In this document: in pieces, positions 52,728-64,000 of the stretch | Layout of the letters: each line of letters opens with the position of its first letter | How positions within the stretch are numbered: position 1 is the stretch's first letter | From: Eledone cirrhosa | Lineage: Eukaryota | NCBI GenBank assembly: GCA_964016885.1 | Contig: OZ024741.1 | Coordinates: 371,442,001 to 371,506,000, forward strand | Length of the DNA: 64,000 nucleotides | Reading direction: 5' to 3' | Made by a program: the position numbers and the translations under genes | The notes under the pieces: generated by a model | Database searches by the model: none | What the model saw: only the letters and a program-made list of their open reading frames with translations | Told to the model about the DNA's origin: nothing

Positions 52728-55212
52728 GTTTATGTATTGCCACAAGGGCCTACGAATATGGGACAATAGACAGGGAGAGTTAGGGTTTACAAAAAAATCT
52801 AGTAAAAAATCTCTATAAAACAATAACAATAAACAAACGAATTACAACAATGAAAATTCCCCAATAGGGGAGATAACCACCAATGGGCGACTCAAGCACC
52901 CCACCAATCCTGAATCATCCGACGCTTTGAGGGCACCCCTATCCTCCTCAAATTAACCAGTCTACAGGTGCATGCTCAAAGTAAGCCCATTGATGCAGGC
53001 CATTCTTGCCATATTCACCCACCTTTTAGCAAATGTACTGGAGGGCAGCACTTCTCTCTCCACCCTCACCTTCCTTACCTCGAGATCTAGGCCTTTCCTA
53101 AACAGCACTGTCACCCCACCTCCCATTCCAGGCCGACTAAGAAATACGAAGATTTGATAGTCGTCTAAAATGGAGGCTAGAGCGCGCGTGTCGAAAATCC
53201 TGATCTCGCTGACGGCAATCACATCCGTATCTAGTGACCTAATGTCATTCAGCAGACCACCCTGCATCCATAACGACACCAGACCACGAACAATTAAATA
53301 CCCTACTCTTAGGATGGCCATGTTAGCAGGCTAAAAGAGAGAGGAAAGGTTTACTTACTTCCTGGGGATTTGGTTGGTGGGGTTTCCTTTGGGAACCCAT
53401 GCAAAAGTCTTGATGTGGGTTTCATATTCGGGGTTCCACATCCCGAGGAAAACTATTTGTATGCACCGAGCGACATACGTACCATCGTTAGGTCCTCTGG
53501 TACGAAATGTGCTGGTGCCAAATATTTCCCCCTCATTTCCCATGTCTTGCCTTTGTGCTATCAGGGCCATCAAATCCTTGTTAGCCTTTCTTATTAGCAC
53601 GAAGCTGTGTGTTTTGTTTTGTTCTTGTGTTTGTTGTGGTTGTTTGCATTTGGGAGATTGTGGCTGTGGTGGTGGTGTTGTTGCGGAATTGTTTGTGTTT
53701 GTTATGTCTGTGGTGTCTGCATTTTCTGTTGTGGGTATGATGTTTGGAGTTTTTTCTTGTGTGTGCCTTCTTTTTTTTTTCTTTTTTTTTCTGCTTTAGG
53801 TTTTGCATCGGTTCACTACTGGAAGACGAGGTGTCTGTGTCTGCATGCGTGTCTGTGTCTTTGCGTTTGTGTTTGTGTCAATGTATATTTATGGGGGGGG
53901 GGGCTTTCCTCGTGTTTTCCCTGGATGGTCAAAGTTGGTGGTAGCGTTTCCGTTGGTGTTGCTGCTGGTGGTGTTGTTGGTGTTCCCCACCCCGGTGTCG
54001 GCAGCAGTGGAGGATTTCGACCTCATGTAGTTTTGAGCTGAGCGTAGAAGGCTCATACGTGAGTTGTTTCACCGCAGACAAAACAGTGTGGCCTTCTGCC
54101 CTCAGTCATTATTTGCAGTACCGTTTTTATGTCCACAACCCCGGACCTGTCCCCCCTGGTTGTTCTTGTTGCTTCTATCAGGACGGCATCTGACCCCTCT
54201 ACAACCGTGCATCCCAGGAGCCACCACAAGTCTGTCCTGGTGGAATTCTGGGAATGCAGACTCGCACAGTTCTTTTTCCCATGTGGCAGGTGTACATGCT
54301 GGTTTTGCAAGGGTTCACTGAGTGCTTCACAGCGAGGTCTTCTGTTTTAAATAGCATCAAGATGGTGCCTTATTGTCTACCTCTCGCTATGTACTCGGTG
54401 TCATCTCTGATACATTTCAGCGTAGCTTACACTTCGGCTGCATTTAGTCAGCACTGAAATGCATCTAAAGACTACCGTTCTTCTCTCTACTGCTTCTATA
54501 TCTCTGCCAGGACGGTTAAGTTGGCCCAGGTTTTCTCTTGTTTAATGAGCTTCCATGCCTGGGCCAACTTTTCCTCTTTTTGGCTGAGGTCCATACTAAA
54601 GCATGGCACTTTTTGGCTGGTACAGCAGCGAAAGAGTTCTTGTTGTCTATTTTACTGTTGCCGGTACCGTGGCTGGTTAAATTGTTGTTGGTGATGATGT
54701 TGTTAGTGTTGCAGTTGGTGTTGGTGTTGGTGTTGTTCTTGATACAATTGTTATTGTTGTTTTCGTTGTTGCAGTTGGTGTTGATGTTTTTAATTACGTT
54801 GTTGCTCTTGGAGTTGTTGTTGCAGTTGTTTTCTTCACTTGTTTCGTTATGGTTGGTTGTGTTGTCATTGTTGTTCATGTTGTTGTTGGTGTTGCTAATT
54901 TTGTTATTGCATGTTGTGTTTGTTAATTTTATCTTTTTATGTCCACAATGCTGTTTGCTGTTGTTTCGGTATCCTTCCTCTCAACCTTTAAGTCGCCGCC
55001 ACGAAACGGCAACTCAGTATCTCGTCCAGTTCAAACGTCCAAATATTTAGGTTAAAAAGGCTCAAATATTATAAATCGCCCCTTCACAGCGCAAAAACGG
55101 AAGTCTTACGACCCTTTTTTCAAAAAGATATAACAATTAATACAAACGAAAAGACTTTAAAATGCATCAGCTTGCGAAGCTCACAATAACACGTCTTCAC
55201 TGTTTGACAGCC
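52728..55212 (-). mobile_element. L1/Tx1-clade LINE with disrupted ORF1 and internally deleted ORF2
   Basis: 5' GGCTGTCAAACAGTGAAGACGTG; ORF1 has an Asn-rich N-terminus, SFAAV and a CFVCGETTH knuckle; ORF2 APE start LIVRGL...DVIAVSE is fused to the C-terminus; T-rich 3' UTR. Confidence 0.82.
52962..53321 (-). pseudogene. ORF2 remnant: APE N-terminus fused in frame to the C-terminal ~38 aa
   Basis: GGVTVLFRKGLDLE|VRKVRVEREVLPSSTFAKRW. Confidence 0.75.
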
Positions 55213-55848
55213 AATAATAATAATTATTATTATTTTTACATTTAGTACAAGGCCAGCAATTTGAAGGTAAGGGGAAAGTCGATTAAATTGACTCCAGTAC
55301 TTACTGGTACTTTATTTTATCGATCCCGTAAGGATGAAAGGCAAAGCTAACCTCGGCGGGATTTTAATTCAGAACGTAGAGGGACGTACCAATATGTCGC
55401 GAAGCATGTTGTCTGACGCTCTACCGATTCTGTTAATCCAAGGGTAGTGGTCTAACATAACTGCTCAAACGTTGGACGAAAAGCCTTAGAATATTTAATT
55501 AAGATCTTTACTGCTGAGTTCAGATTTTACCGATGTCAAGTTTTCTTTCCATCCTTCTGGGTTGACTAAAATAAAGTATCACTGAAGGACTGATACCAGT
55601 TTAACCGACATTCTCTCCCCACAGACCACTGACCTGGTGCGTAAATTAGAAACAAAACAAATCCTCCGCTTCTTCTTCCTCCTCCTCCTCCTCCTACCAC
55701 CTACCACCACCACCACCACCATTACTACTACTACTACTACTACTGTAGGAGTGTTTACTGGAATTATATGATGGATTTATACATATATATATATATATAA
55801 CAGAACATGAATAGAAATTTTAGAATAAATATATAGATATACACCCCC

Positions 55849-55892
<44 letters not shown>

Positions 55893-56363
55893 GTGCGTGT
55901 GTGCGTATACATGAATAGAAATTTTAGAATAAATATATATACACCCACACCCACATATATATATATATATATATACATTTCTATATATATATATATGGGG
56001 GTGTATATTTATATATTTATTCTAAAATTTCTATTCATGTTCTGTTATATAAAACCCAGTGCACCAGATGTAATTAGGTCTTTCCATGTTTTCACTACCG
56101 ACATTTTATTCATTTCTATCTCAAGGTCTTCTTTTATTTGGATTTATTTTTCATTTTCATTTATTTATGTTTCACCTGTTTTGTTACTATAGATAACTTC
56201 CAAATTTCATTGGCAGCCATGTTTTGGCTGGAAACAGATTAACATTTCTATCAATGTAATTGTTTCTTCTTTCCTTACTCTATATCCTGTTGTCATCATT
56301 GTTTTTGTTGTTGTTTTTGTTGATGTCATTAATGCTGTAGTTCTTCTTCTTCTTCTTCGTTTT

Positions 56364-56401
<38 letters not shown>

Positions 56402-57860
56402 GTCGTCGTTGTCGTCTTCGCCTTTTCCTTCTGAAACTTCTTCCTGTATCTTCTCCATTATCGTTCTCCATTCTAATGATATTTGAGCAGTTTCCTTATA
56501 TTTTCTTTATCAGTTTTTACAGGCATGTCATAAAGGATGGTAACCTTATCATTTTCACTGACAGTTTTCGTGGCGAGCAGTTTCCACCTCCACTCATTTC
56601 TAACTAGTAATGGTGATGATTTATGCAGCAGCTAAATATAAAGGAAAGATATACGAATTGTTACAGACGTTCAATACATTAATCGTTCGTTTAAGTACCC
56701 GTAATTTAAAAGTCAGATTTTATCTGCTGCCAGGTTAACTAACAGATAATGTGTATGATTGTTGATTTGCCAATGACATATGTGTATATGAAGTTTCTTG
56801 TTTCTATTTATTTATTTCACTAGTCGTGTATAAATTAGAAACATAAAAAAGGAGCGTAAAGAAAAAGTATGGTACACTTATTTATAAAGAAGAGATAATC
56901 AAGTTAATGAGGCCATCGAGAAGGATTATAGTAAAACAGACTATTATCCTTTTCATGACAGCCTGTAAAAGAACCACTTTATGCTGAATTGGCAGAGTCG
57001 GTAGAACGTAGGATACAATACCTTGGTAGTTGTTTGGGATCTCTACGCCAGAACAGAATTCTCTCACCTCTGTCTGTTCAAACCGGCTGTAACCGGCCAC
57101 TCGATTGTTCTCAAAATAAATAATATCAAAATCTCATAGATTCGATATTATTATTTGAGATAAAACCTTTTCTGTGAAAATGCAGTAGTATATATCGACA
57201 GTCGATCGACTTTCGTTAAATCGGACCGAGGAAACAATGTTTCCATTGGTTTTTCCAATTGCTAATACTATCTATTGGTCGCAACTCCAGGTAGAAGGAG
57301 CAACGTGAAATAAAGTGTCTTGGCCAAGGACATAACGCATCTCCTGGTCCGGGAATCGAACTCACAACCTCACGATTGCGAATCCAATTCTCTAACCACT
57401 TAGCTACGCGCCTTCACAGTAGCATATATAGAGTACTGTAAATGCTAAAAGACTATCATCTTTTTCATGACAGCCTGTAAAAGAACCACTTTATGCTAAA
57501 TTAGCAGAGTCGGTAGAATGTAGGATACAATACCTTTATATTTGTTTTGGATCTCTACGCCAGAAGTTCAAATCTTGCCGAGGTCAACTTTACCTTTTAT
57601 ATTTTCGGTTTTGATGAATTTGATATGGGCCCAGGATAACGAATTTGGAGGAATTTTTAAAGAGTCTGGCTTTCGCCTCTTTGCCTTCGGAGCTGCTTGC
57701 GACTAGAATGGTACCAAGCTGTATCGGCCTTCGCTTTTCCTTCGGATAACATCGGTGACCCACTGGCAACTAGAGAAAAAAACAAAAAATCATGCTTGGG
57801 AATTAATCCTGAAGAACTTTTCAGATTAAAATAAATTCATGGCATAGAAAGATCCAGGTA

Positions 57861-57938
<78 letters not shown>

Positions 57939-58159
57939 TCTATGTTTTGTTAAACAAAGATATGGTCGGTAGTTGGTTGAAAAACTAGGTATAGTTCACT
58001 GATCCTTCGCTTCAGACATGTCATACCTCCATATAACTACACTATACATTTTGGTATGAAATGATTAATCGTATCGTTTGATCTACAGTTTTGTTGTGTA
58101 ATAATGATGATAATAATAATATGTGGGGAATGTATTACTACAGTAAAATATGGTAAATA

Positions 58160-58236
58160 TTGGGTCATCAAGTATGAAATTTGTAGAAATTTTTTTTTTC
58201 TACAGATTTCTACAAATTTGATACTTGACGACTCAA
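58160..58236. mobile_element. ~78-bp mariner mini-MITE (second copy 60419-60497)
   Basis: TA-TTGGGTC(G/A)TCAAGTATGAAATTTGTAGAAA inverted arms with almost no spacer. Confidence 0.85.
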
Positions 58237-58477
58237 TACTTACACAACAAAACTGTAGATCAGCCATGATTAGATTGGCTAGCGGGAATAGTGTAATATA
58301 ATCATGGCACCTGTTACTGATGTTAACTTCTAGAGCGGTAGATTACAGAGAGTCGTTAGAACGTCGGTCAAATGCTTAGCAGTATGTCCTCAGTTGAAAT
58401 ATCACCGAGGTTAACTTTTTTCTTTCACCCTTTCTAGGTCAATAAAAAATACTAGTCAAGTACTGGAATGAATATAT

Positions 58478-58615
58478 CGTATTTCCCGGCGCCGAAGACG
58501 CTTCGTCCTCGAGGACGCACCCTAATTTTGACAACCAAAAATTTGAAAAAATAATAATAAACAACCTTCGGCCTCCAGGGCGCATGGTAAATTTTTGAGA
58601 CGCCGGAAAATATGG
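58478..58615. mobile_element. pogo/Tigger-type MITE
   Basis: CGTATTTCCCGGCG / CGCCGGAAAATATGG TIRs, TA flanks. Confidence 0.7.
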
Positions 58616-60002
58616 TAATTGATTCTCCTCACGCACACAAATTGTTGGCCTTATGTCTAAATTAGAAACCATTATTGTTTACCCGAGCTTAATCCTGATG
58701 AAGCATATCTATGATCAAATGTATTTTAGCTGTGACCATCCCATCTTATAAGGAGTATGTAGAACTACAGTATCCAAAATGTCCTTTTCTAAAAGACGAT
58801 AAGGCGTTATTTGGGGTATATTTGGCAGTGAGATTTAGCTGGTCGGGTCACACATTGGTTAGTTCTCTTGTATATTTTGGTTGTGTTCACAACAAAAATG
58901 ATCAAAGCTGGACTTTGTCATATCTCAAGAGTTGCTATACTTCCACACCTATTCTTTCTGAGCAACCCAATACATTCCTTGGCGTTAATAATGGTTTCTA
59001 ATATAGGATCAGAGCAAGACATTTTTGTGGAGAGGTAAGATAGTAATAAGGCGGCGAATTGGCAGAGTCGTTAGAACGTCGGATAGAAGGCTTTATGGTA
59101 TTTGTTCCGGTTCTCTGCTCTCTGAGTTCAAATCCCGCCGTGGTCAACTTTGCCTTTAATTCTTTCGAGGTCGATAAAAAAATAATTGCTGTACTTAGGC
59201 CTGGAGAGGGATGGGTTCCGCCCAAGAAACGCCGTATGTCAATACGGCGCCCCTACCACTCTATCAGGAGTTACGGGATCATACCAAGTTAGTAATATTG
59301 ACTCCAGTACGTAACTGGTACTTTATTTTATCATGCACGGAAGGATGAAGAGCAAAGTTAACCTCGGCAGGATTTCAACTCAGAACATAAAGGGCCGTAA
59401 CTCTATGCTGCAAATAATTGTATCTGATGTATAAACGATGCTGCTAATCCATCGCACCGTAATAATAAGGGTTTCTAATGTAGGCACAAGGCGAGAATTG
59501 TGTGTGTGTGGGGGGGGGGGGGGGGGGGGTAAGTCAATGATATCGACCCTAGTACACTTGACTGTTACTTTATTTTATCTACCACAATGACTCCATCATT
59601 ACCACAACCACCAACAGTACCACCACCACCGTCACACAACCACAATCACCACTCTCGCCACCAGCATCACTATAATTCGTAAACCAGCATAAATGTGCTT
59701 CCATCACCATCACGTCACCGCTACCAACAAGACAACAACGACAGTAGAACCATTGGTCATTCATTGTTTGGCCATTAAGAAACTTCGACATTCCACAACA
59801 TGCCATCAACATTGACCTCATAAGATAGAAAGTGGCAGTGAGGAGTTGATAGCAATCTTAAGTAATCCTCTTGATAGTCAGGTCACGCAGGAGACTGAGC
59901 TGGCCTGAGGTCAAGTGACCACTAAACGTTGTGTCAAATACTGCAAACTGCTATGTGTAAGTATATTACACATTCAAATATATGTGTGTTTGTACATATA
60001 TA

Positions 60003-60105
<103 letters not shown>

Positions 60106-60788
60106 CCCCACACATCCATAACCCAATATTGTTTCCATGTTTCCACAGTGAGATAATGAGGGGACCCCTGTCTAGTAAATCAACCGGTTTAAAGTGCAGT
60201 CGAATCTCGCGCATATTCATTTTAGAAAAGGAAAGATTCTTAAGATAGTGTAGTTCTTGATGCACAACGTCTGAAATTAAATGGTATGTCATTGCTAGAA
60301 TACCCTTGAGAATAGATTCCCTCTAACTCAGTCTATCTGCGGTTTAAAAAGAACTACGACACATATTTGTAGAACTGAATATACGAGATAATTTGTTATT
60401 TCATGTACGTTTAATATATTGGGTCGTCAAGTATGAAATTTGTAGAAATTTGTAGAAAAAAAATAAATTTCTACAAAATTCATACTTGACGACCTAATAC
60501 ATTTAAATAAAACAAAGCACCCTTACTTTTGGGACAAACCTCGTATTTATGTTTTTATGTTGGTAATCATTCCTATATGAACAAGTTGGTCTGCTGTTTG
60601 TTGCTGTTATTACTGTTGGTGTTAGGGCGGTGGATTGGGAGTATCGGATATCATGCTTCGTGACATAGATTAACGACATGTCAGTCTTATCAAGCAGACA
60701 TGTGACTAAAAGCATTCAGCTGTGAACATCTCGTTTATTCCTATGTGCAGGTAGCTCAGCGTCACATTATCCAACATGTCCTCTAAGG

Positions 60789-60974
60789 CAGGCATGTCAA
60801 ACATGTGACCCGCTGGCTTTTACAAGCAAACATGCGACCCTTACAAAGGTTTTTACAGCGCGAGCATGTTTTATATTCGTAATATAAAATTAAAAAAATT
60901 AGTTGTGTGTGGCACTCAGACAACACATATGTAACCCATGTGGTCCCCAGGGGACACTCAGTTTAACATGCCTG
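60789..60974. mobile_element. hAT MITE
   Basis: TIR CAGGCATGT(C/T)AAAC; perfect TSD CTCTAAGG. Confidence 0.92.
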
Positions 60975-61339
60975 CTCTAAGGAATATTTAACAGTTATTT
61001 CTAGCCGGTTGGGTGACCACATAGAGGCTCTCTTCCGGAATTGTCTTCTGGTAGAGCATCACCTAAGTGTAAGGAGTTTAATGCGTGGGTTGGAAGTTTT
61101 GTTTATTGGTTAGGGCGTTGAGCCATCGAGTATAACATTGTGCGCTCGCTACCCGGGCTGTGTCCTTGAGCAATACACCTTATTTCTCGTTGCTCCAGTC
61201 CACTCAATCGGCAAAAATTAGTCGTACCTGTAATTGCAAGTGTCTGTGGAATGATCTGCCATTTGCACGCTAATTTCATGAGCGCGCTCTTTCTTTGATT
61301 GAATCATCAGGAATATACGACGTCAGAATTGATGGAGGT

Positions 61340-61692
61340 CCAAGACACGCTTTGTGGCATAGAGTTACAGCCTTTTACGTTCTGATTTTAAATCTCACCG
61401 AAGTTAGCTTTGTCTTTCATCCTCACGGAGGTCGATAAAATAAAAATACCAGTAATGCACTGGGGTCGATTTAATCAACTTTCCCCTTCCCCGAAATTGT
61501 TGGCCTCATGTCTAAATCAGAAACCATTATTTAACGACCCTATACGTTCTTATTTCAAATCTTGCCGATGTTAGCTTTGCCTTTCGTCCTTACGGGGTCG
61601 ATAAAATAAAATACCAATAAGGTACCGGGGTTGATTTAGTTGACTTTCCCCTCCCCCAAATTTCTGCCCTTGTACTTGTATAAGAAACCATT
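61340..61692 (+). mobile_element. Two tandem SINE A copies (long tail)
   Basis: Core and AGAAACCATT tails. Confidence 0.85.
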
Positions 61693-61786
61693 GTATGCGA
61701 TTAGTAATCAGATCGAAAAGTCGAATATCGAATTACAGGGTGTCACGAAATGATCGTTGAAATCTAGTTTGAGGTCGAACATTTCT

Positions 61787-61935
61787 CAGATGATCTAAGA
61801 GCCTATTGCAGACAGGCTGGTGAATTGCAGGGGAGTAGACTAAAGTGTTCCTCTTAAACACATCAACAGATGATCTAAGAGCCTATTGCAGACAGGCTGG
61901 TGAATTGCAGGGGAGTAGACTAAAGTGTTCCTCTT
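61787..61935. repeat. Perfect 69-bp tandem duplication (period 80)
   Basis: 61787-61855 equals 61867-61935. Confidence 0.95.
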
Positions 61936-63394
61936 CATCAACAAATGCTCGCAGCGGATTTACAATTCAGGAGTTAAGTGTTTCCGGTCACTTCGCTTCT
62001 AAATTTACACAGACACACAAAACTATGAGGAGAAACTATACGAAGGTGTGCTGAACAGTTCATACGCTGACTATGAAGGAGTGATGCTAGTGCTGTGAAA
62101 TCGTGCATGCATTAATGTCAACTCTTCTTATCTATAACTGCGTTGTTTCTTTCCAGGGATTGTGTAGAAAAATAAACCTCATTTGATCATTCCATGAGGG
62201 TATCTTGGTCAGCCTATCAACGTTTTAGCCGACCCTCGTACATACATAATTGTATATGATCACTCAGCCAGTTAGAAATAGCAGCTAAATATCCATCTCA
62301 TCACACCTAATAAGTTAACAAAAGGAAGAAATATATGCACACATATAATGGATTACGATATGTTTATATATAATAAATATATGGGAGTCTCGCTACAAAT
62401 TCTTTTAAAGCTGTGATCGTGTCACCGCTACTAAGTGAGCTCTGACATGATCACGACTTAAAATAGTCAAAGCGAAACTCTCGTTGCTTTATTATACATA
62501 AATATATCATTTGTGTTGTCATATACACCCTTATAATGAACTATGCTATGTTAGTGCCACTTCTAAATGCACATATATACATGCATGCATAGATATATAC
62601 ATACATGCATGCATACATATATACATATATGTACGTATGCATCCATACATACACACAAACATGTATACATACATGCATAGATATATTCTTGCATACATGC
62701 ATATATACACACAAACATGTACACATACATACATATATACATACATACATACATGCATATATATAGGCTGACTATGAAGGAGTGATGTTAGTGCTGTGAA
62801 ATCTGGCATGTATTAATTTCAACTCCTCTTACTAATAACTGCCTTGTTTCCAAGGACTATGTTGAGAAATAAACCTCATTTGGTCATTCCATGAGAGTAT
62901 CTTCGTTAGCCTATGAACCTTTTATCCTTTTTAGCCTATGAACTTTTTTGCCTATAAACTTATTAGCCTATGAACATTTTAGCCTACGAACTTCTCAGCC
63001 GACTCTCGTACATACATACATACATACATGCATACATTCGAAATTTCATTGAACCACTCTCAGAAAATAGAAACACTATGGACAACTGCCCGACAAAACT
63101 CCAAATACTCTACGCAGATGTACTTCTAATTATTTGGTACTTGGCTATGTTGTCAGTATTTAAGTAAAAATCTCTAACATTTAGGATTTTCAAGCCAAGA
63201 AAAGAGGGAACGTATGCTGCCAATTCAATCTGTCATCAGAACAGCGAAAGTATGCCATACTTTTCTAAAATTCAACAAGTAACTCTTTACCGTTGATGAT
63301 ATCTAAATTCAATGGCAGGAATTTGTGTCTTACTTAGAAACCAGCCCCTTTTTTTGTGGGGGTGTGAAAAGAATTTAAAGAATTAAAAAAGAAC

Positions 63395-63483
63395 ATACAT
63401 TCACACATACACACGTATGTACATACATAATGCATACACACATGCGCGCGCGCGCGCGCACACACACACACACACACACATAC

Positions 63484-63545
<62 letters not shown>

Positions 63546-63665
63546 ATACACACACACACACACACACATATATACATATGTGTATATATATATGTATGTA
63601 TAGATGTATATATATATATATATATATATGTATACACACAGACATATATACATATATATACATAA

Positions 63666-63723
<58 letters not shown>

Positions 63724-63732
63724 ATATATATG

Positions 63733-63776
<44 letters not shown>

Positions 63777-64000
63777 TATATATGTATGTGTATACATATT
63801 ATATCTGCACACACAAATATACACATACACATACACATACATACAGACATACATAGATACATACATACACGCATACATACATACACACATACACACACAC
63901 ATACATACATACACACATATATACATACACACACACATACATACACACATACATACATACATATATACATACATACATACATACATACATACATACATAC
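63395..64000. repeat. Compound (TA)/(CA)/(CATA)n microsatellite; similar tracts at 10210-10965, 25650-25855, 27460-27800 and 35620-36175
   Basis: Direct reading. Confidence 0.95.

Noticed and set aside
60149-60283. 135-bp exon-like segment (TTTCCACAG|...ATG|GTATGT)
   Set aside because: Stops in all three frames; at most a non-coding exon, and unsupported

Overview
AT-rich, microsatellite-dense eukaryotic DNA. The SINE families and overall texture resemble an octopus/coleoid cephalopod genome; this is inference from recall, not a database result. I find no confident host protein-coding gene, and nearly all ORFs in the supplied track are microsatellite translation artefacts. The window is a nested transposon landscape. 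It holds more than 25 tRNA-headed SINEs of three modular families and several hAT, mariner and pogo MITEs with clean TSDs. It also holds a solo LTR, decayed RTE, Tx1 and CR1-like LINEs, and a split hAT transposase. Two restriction-like-endonuclease retroelements (R4/Dong-like and CRE-like) sit in specific microsatellites, and there are Penelope-like remnants. The most notable signal is a set of Penelope-type hammerhead ribozymes: (i) a non-coding 591-bp unit present as about 1.6 tandem copies, each carrying a hammerhead with a compensatory U3:A8 core (retrozyme-like); (ii) two near-canonical hammerheads about 115 bp apart near 28.8 kb; (iii) several fold-back palindromes beside (TA)n tracts whose axis falls at the ribozyme stem II loop. 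Weak promoter and exon candidates exist near 41.6, 47.5 and 52.2 kb. All alignments and folds were done by eye.
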